Source: Salinibacterium sp.
Lineage (GTDB): Bacteria > Actinomycetota > Actinomycetes > Actinomycetales > Microbacteriaceae
Length of the DNA stretch: 64,000 nucleotides
Direction of reading: 5' to 3'
Assembly: GCA_004297555.1 (NCBI GenBank)
Contig: SCSV01000081.1
Span: 826 to 64,825 of the forward strand
This document shows, piece after piece, positions 62,901-64,000 of the stretch; the first letter of the stretch is position 1; each line of letters opens with the position of its first letter. The notes under the pieces were generated by a model. That model searched no databases. It saw only the letters and a list, made by a program, of their open reading frames with translations, and was not told the origin of the DNA. Made by a program: the position numbers and the translations under genes.

Positions 62901-62930
62901 GACCTCAAGCTCGAGAACCGCGTCGCTCAT
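56988..62930 (-). CDS. Tape measure protein (1980 aa)
   Basis: Long helical Ala/Gln-rich ORF after the chaperones; N-terminal LELEVDG; tape-measure-type N-terminal domain; Gly-rich hydrophobic segment. Confidence 0.92.
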   Translation of the reverse strand: MSDAVLELEVDGADSGAEAAVRKVLSAINELSGKTTALGATAQEVTDKISGGFDKVLSSMRQIVATVATVAGLSFGFGAWIKEGIDFDRKLEVSRIGIAAMVQTFHTLHDSQGELITGAKAYAAALDIATDAQDRLRAAAFQTNATFSQLEQGYERILAGVGNQKASTEEIVRLTQTVANLASTMQVPFEAAFRQIQLALEGFPRASGQIGAFIKAMGIDGATIRSWREQGDAVQNLQGKLDQFLQMGPRLQATFTGLVSQVKDAIEQIAGRSMQPVVDSIKRQLATVMSSVATIGGQSVSFNPAVLEPLKEVGTIIASVVQKMAPLAAAFFNLGVAIAKAGASFLDSLGPAIPLITAVINGTTNLIDALGPMGPAIVAGFYAFNALSGVVATIASVTKALGAMEIAIGGVTMSAAPLIAVYVGISAIVAGLILAIPLLQKFNAEAEAKQSWDEYGLVLERFKNQITQKTGASLTDEATEKLLSMTMAKRTEVMQALLEKMSAADGKTRAHVITLQELNAMTLAVTQSTKDNTEATDKQMAAMARIEEKTLSLRAKIAGYSGDLSGKVLQAQLQNQSQIVKEVEELHKLGDQYDYVNGKVLKTVKDPNGGVSRIDVNTIKEYDEWGNKIRSVGDDAAIAQGKVIALQQTASKMEVSKIWKDQADKVQKANDELTEYLQKQNDLARIAPNTETGLAKAIDEINLKYAKLNEALDQRLIKEAKVGKISEQAAALAESDRALWKNNAAAEALEAQTLALDKMNKGLEEMRDKNALTIQEQIAGEAKLAEARIDASVKRLTLETTTTQEIMKMSDDEVAHMVTIWQAGEDEKARITELSTQKIRLSWAGMRNDWGAIQADINKRVSEGLITNNEGLNEMGQTMERWGRDAATGITAGIKQAMASIPTEAQSAATQTKAIFADLGAGFQDLFVNVATKGIHGFADAWDNFRQTMVKEWAKSMSDMLMRWIKNLTDMGNAKDASKLGGSFGGTYVGGAAQDDLVQGQPWMGNTPGAGGGGGAGSNFGGGPVGGGLQGAGYGSAVGGMSGAPGFSGGAVVGGVLGGIAAGAGLGASMGSIGGPIVALIGAIIGGIVGVLMAPNTEKHVLGQFNAMVAGNTPVGPATLPYIPGAPGGPGTPGGGAIGGPTDIFDPNAPVALPGPHDIPTDYSRYAPANATDIAGKKVLDEMLGSLTDIFRMAAPDSAHALTESYQKNLANMLVGGRFDIGAGSNEDIQKDWQTFLTTTLPKFSLQAAFGQVGYTSPGNRDAPGSGKYTPGTPGTAGQQTTPGGIAGFNFWLPGMDQAGNWPDAVKKLYDPDAPIPKMLKGLGFTADTIKSLSQELVNADPKQFMASLNSLVSIVVSMRDLGKELAKTRTDLYNDMTTDATRSPASRFQENADAIVGRLNDLSLYSGDELIKQTQAVVDQIKQRYDLELQYITKIKGIMDSLDASLTQQAETIRTAFQTQADVNAKNQTIVTGARERIHVATTPEEVQQIAQQAQGAIDALFKDLLNQIQIANQVVASVDAARETMRQSMLTQDQVTEEARDTLAGVFDQIANAADASGVQKAADAGIAAIKTLFDGLSAQVKAGQDELAIINDQAGQFRGMFSGSPDLHAWVTPGAGQGVTSANANPFADFATQATVLQAKLSAAAQLSGMAQVKAIQDVGAAAKTMYDQQRALLQQIVQQAQDLHTSIAQQRREMQLAQMDPGQQADFLHAEIDRLGKELEGVTDPARIKQITDAQQGDITQYLGLFKEGDSNRQAAYAWADKVLAETDRVGTLAYAVMTDKMKAANDQMAGILEAAGTLLQTNITDATTEIGMLDAALLQIRESVTTNLGSSIDLAKLKLDQLAASADALKVSVDTKLNSFVDEILATNGPLGQAMTDAMKLFTDSGTAVYNSVSGEDGLVASHAAATAAAYNLANALNAAAAAAGGAPAPTATPGTGPAIPPAGNPARTPDGYSAARINRANPGLLDNRYTGTGS

Positions 62931-63348
62931 TTCGGTTGGGCTGCTCCGTCTGCTTCTTCTGGGCCGCGATCAGCTCGGCGGCCTTGTCTCTGTTTACCTT
63001 GAGATATGCACCCTCTAGGATGAGTAGGTATTTCAGCGCCCAGTCGAAGTCTAGACCCTCCGCTTTGGCTATGAGCCTCGTCTCTACCAGGTCAAGTTTG
63101 GAGAGGCCGTTTGGCCCCATCTCCCATCTATTCCTGGCAGCGCTGAAAATCCGATATGCCTCCCTGGCGCGCCTGCTTAAGCGCTTCTGCGCCTGGTTTG
63201 CAATCTCCTCCTTCTGACATTCTGGAAGCCCGCCGTTTCGAGCGCAGGCTTCCGTGCCGAATGGTGGCTTGAATTTGGTGCGCCCGTGGAACCGACAACG
63301 GACGCAGTTTGGGATGATGTGGTCCCCGTCGGCGTCCCAAGCCCTCAA
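62905..63348 (-). CDS. Tail assembly chaperone, frameshifted extension (gpT-like)
   Basis: -1 frame is open from the slippery site at 63363-63369 to the stop at 62905. Confidence 0.7.
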   Translation of the reverse strand: MRAWDADGDHIIPNCVRCRFHGRTKFKPPFGTEACARNGGLPECQKEEIANQAQKRLSRRAREAYRIFSAARNRWEMGPNGLSKLDLVETRLIAKAEGLDFDWALKYLLILEGAYLKVNRDKAAELIAAQKKQTEQPNRNERRGSRA

Positions 63349-63356
63349 CGCGACGG

Positions 63357-63722
63357 TCAGGAGTTTGGGATGTCTTCTTCGAGTATTTCATCGCCCTCCT
63401 GGCGTGCCAGTGAGAGCCCCTTCGAAATGATGGCCCCCACCAGATCGGAGTTTTTGAGGATGGCCCTGGTCTCGTTTACGTCTTTCCCGGCGAGAAGGTC
63501 CTTCGCGTCCTTATCTAGTAGGCTCTTGGTTGCCAGCCTGGCGAGCTCAGCGTTGTAGAGCATCTTGACGTGGACCGGGTCGGAATCTCCCCCCGAGAAG
63601 TTGATTCTGTCGATCTTGAGCAGGTTTTTCGAGGCCTGCTCCACGACGCGGTCGGTGATGGCCACGATTTCGATCGAGCCACCGTTTTTAGTCTTGAACC
63701 TGGATGATTTTTCGTTGGGCAC
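63357..63722 (-). CDS. Tail assembly chaperone (gpG-like)
   Basis: Between tube and TMP; GGAGG RBS. Confidence 0.75.
   Translation of the reverse strand: MPNEKSSRFKTKNGGSIEIVAITDRVVEQASKNLLKIDRINFSGGDSDPVHVKMLYNAELARLATKSLLDKDAKDLLAGKDVNETRAILKNSDLVGAIISKGLSLARQEGDEILEEDIPNS
63363..63369 (-). promoter_or_regulatory. -1 programmed frameshift heptamer C CCA AAC
   Basis: X XXY YYZ in correct phase, one sense codon before the chaperone stop. Confidence 0.75.
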
Positions 63723-63750
63723 GGGCGGTCCCTCCTGGTGTTGATGCCCT

Positions 63751-63999
63751 TTACGGGGCGTAGAATGTGCCGGCGCGGGAATTCACGCCGACCGCAGTGA
63801 TCTGGGTCCCGGCGCTCGTGTTTTTCGAGGCCAGGAAAGGAACATGCAACATCAAGGGGCCATCGTTTTCAATCTTCGGGTCGTTGACCTCGAGGCGCAT
63901 GTCGAAAATCTTGAGATCGGCGCTCCGGTTGGTTGCCTGGATCATCTTAAACTCCATGGTAACCAACGTGGCGGCGGTAATGAGGTCTCGTACCGTCAT
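63751..63999 (-). CDS. Tail tube protein, C-terminal fragment (cut by window edge)
   Basis: Position; beta-rich FDMRLEVNDPKIENDGPLMLHVPFLAS. Confidence 0.65.
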   Translation of the reverse strand: MTVRDLITAATLVTMEFKMIQATNRSADLKIFDMRLEVNDPKIENDGPLMLHVPFLASKNTSAGTQITAVGVNSRAGTFYAP

Positions 64000-64000
64000 G

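Noticed and set aside
1-64000. tRNA genes, diversity-generating retroelement, integrase/att site, anti-CRISPR operon
   Set aside because: No cloverleaf/T-loop pattern, reverse transcriptase, VR/TR pair or recombinase motif was noticed by eye; the small early genes give no specific Acr evidence.

Overview
The window is a circularly permuted, probably near-complete genome of a tailed dsDNA phage with a long non-contractile (siphovirus-type) tail and about 60-65% GC by eye. Most genes are on the minus strand. Read from 64000 down to 1 the order is: end of tail tube, tail chaperones with a -1 frameshift, 1980-aa tape measure, tail tip genes, HTH regulator, recombination/replication block, a long run of small hypothetical genes, a divergent early region, more small genes, terminase, a Mu-like head module, a cassette of exported/membrane/lysis genes, and the head-tail adaptor. 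The replication block holds a Sak4-like ATPase, SMC-like ATPase, SSB-like protein, two-frame C5 methyltransferase, MazG-like protein, SF2 helicase, VRR-NUC nuclease and primase-helicase. The early region (about 24-34 kb) has strong sigma70-type promoters and two DNA repeat arrays. The head module has a DUF935-like portal, S49 protease/scaffold, decoration protein and major capsid protein. Neck, terminator and most of the tube gene fall outside the window. I found no integrase, transposase, partition ATPase, DNA polymerase, reverse transcriptase, tRNA or CRISPR array. Cys-linked Ig repeats and a surface-protein domain suggest an Acidobacteriota host (inference). The strongest leads are: (1) a fibre-like protein and partner that both carry Sec signal peptides; (2) a promoter family whose first genes all look leaderless; (3) two repeat arrays, each next to a DNA-binding protein, one of them a tandem copy of the primase C-terminal domain; (4) a methyltransferase split across overlapping frames with a clamp-binding-like motif; (5) a short motif shared by three small early proteins. 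Family names come from motif recognition, not database searches.
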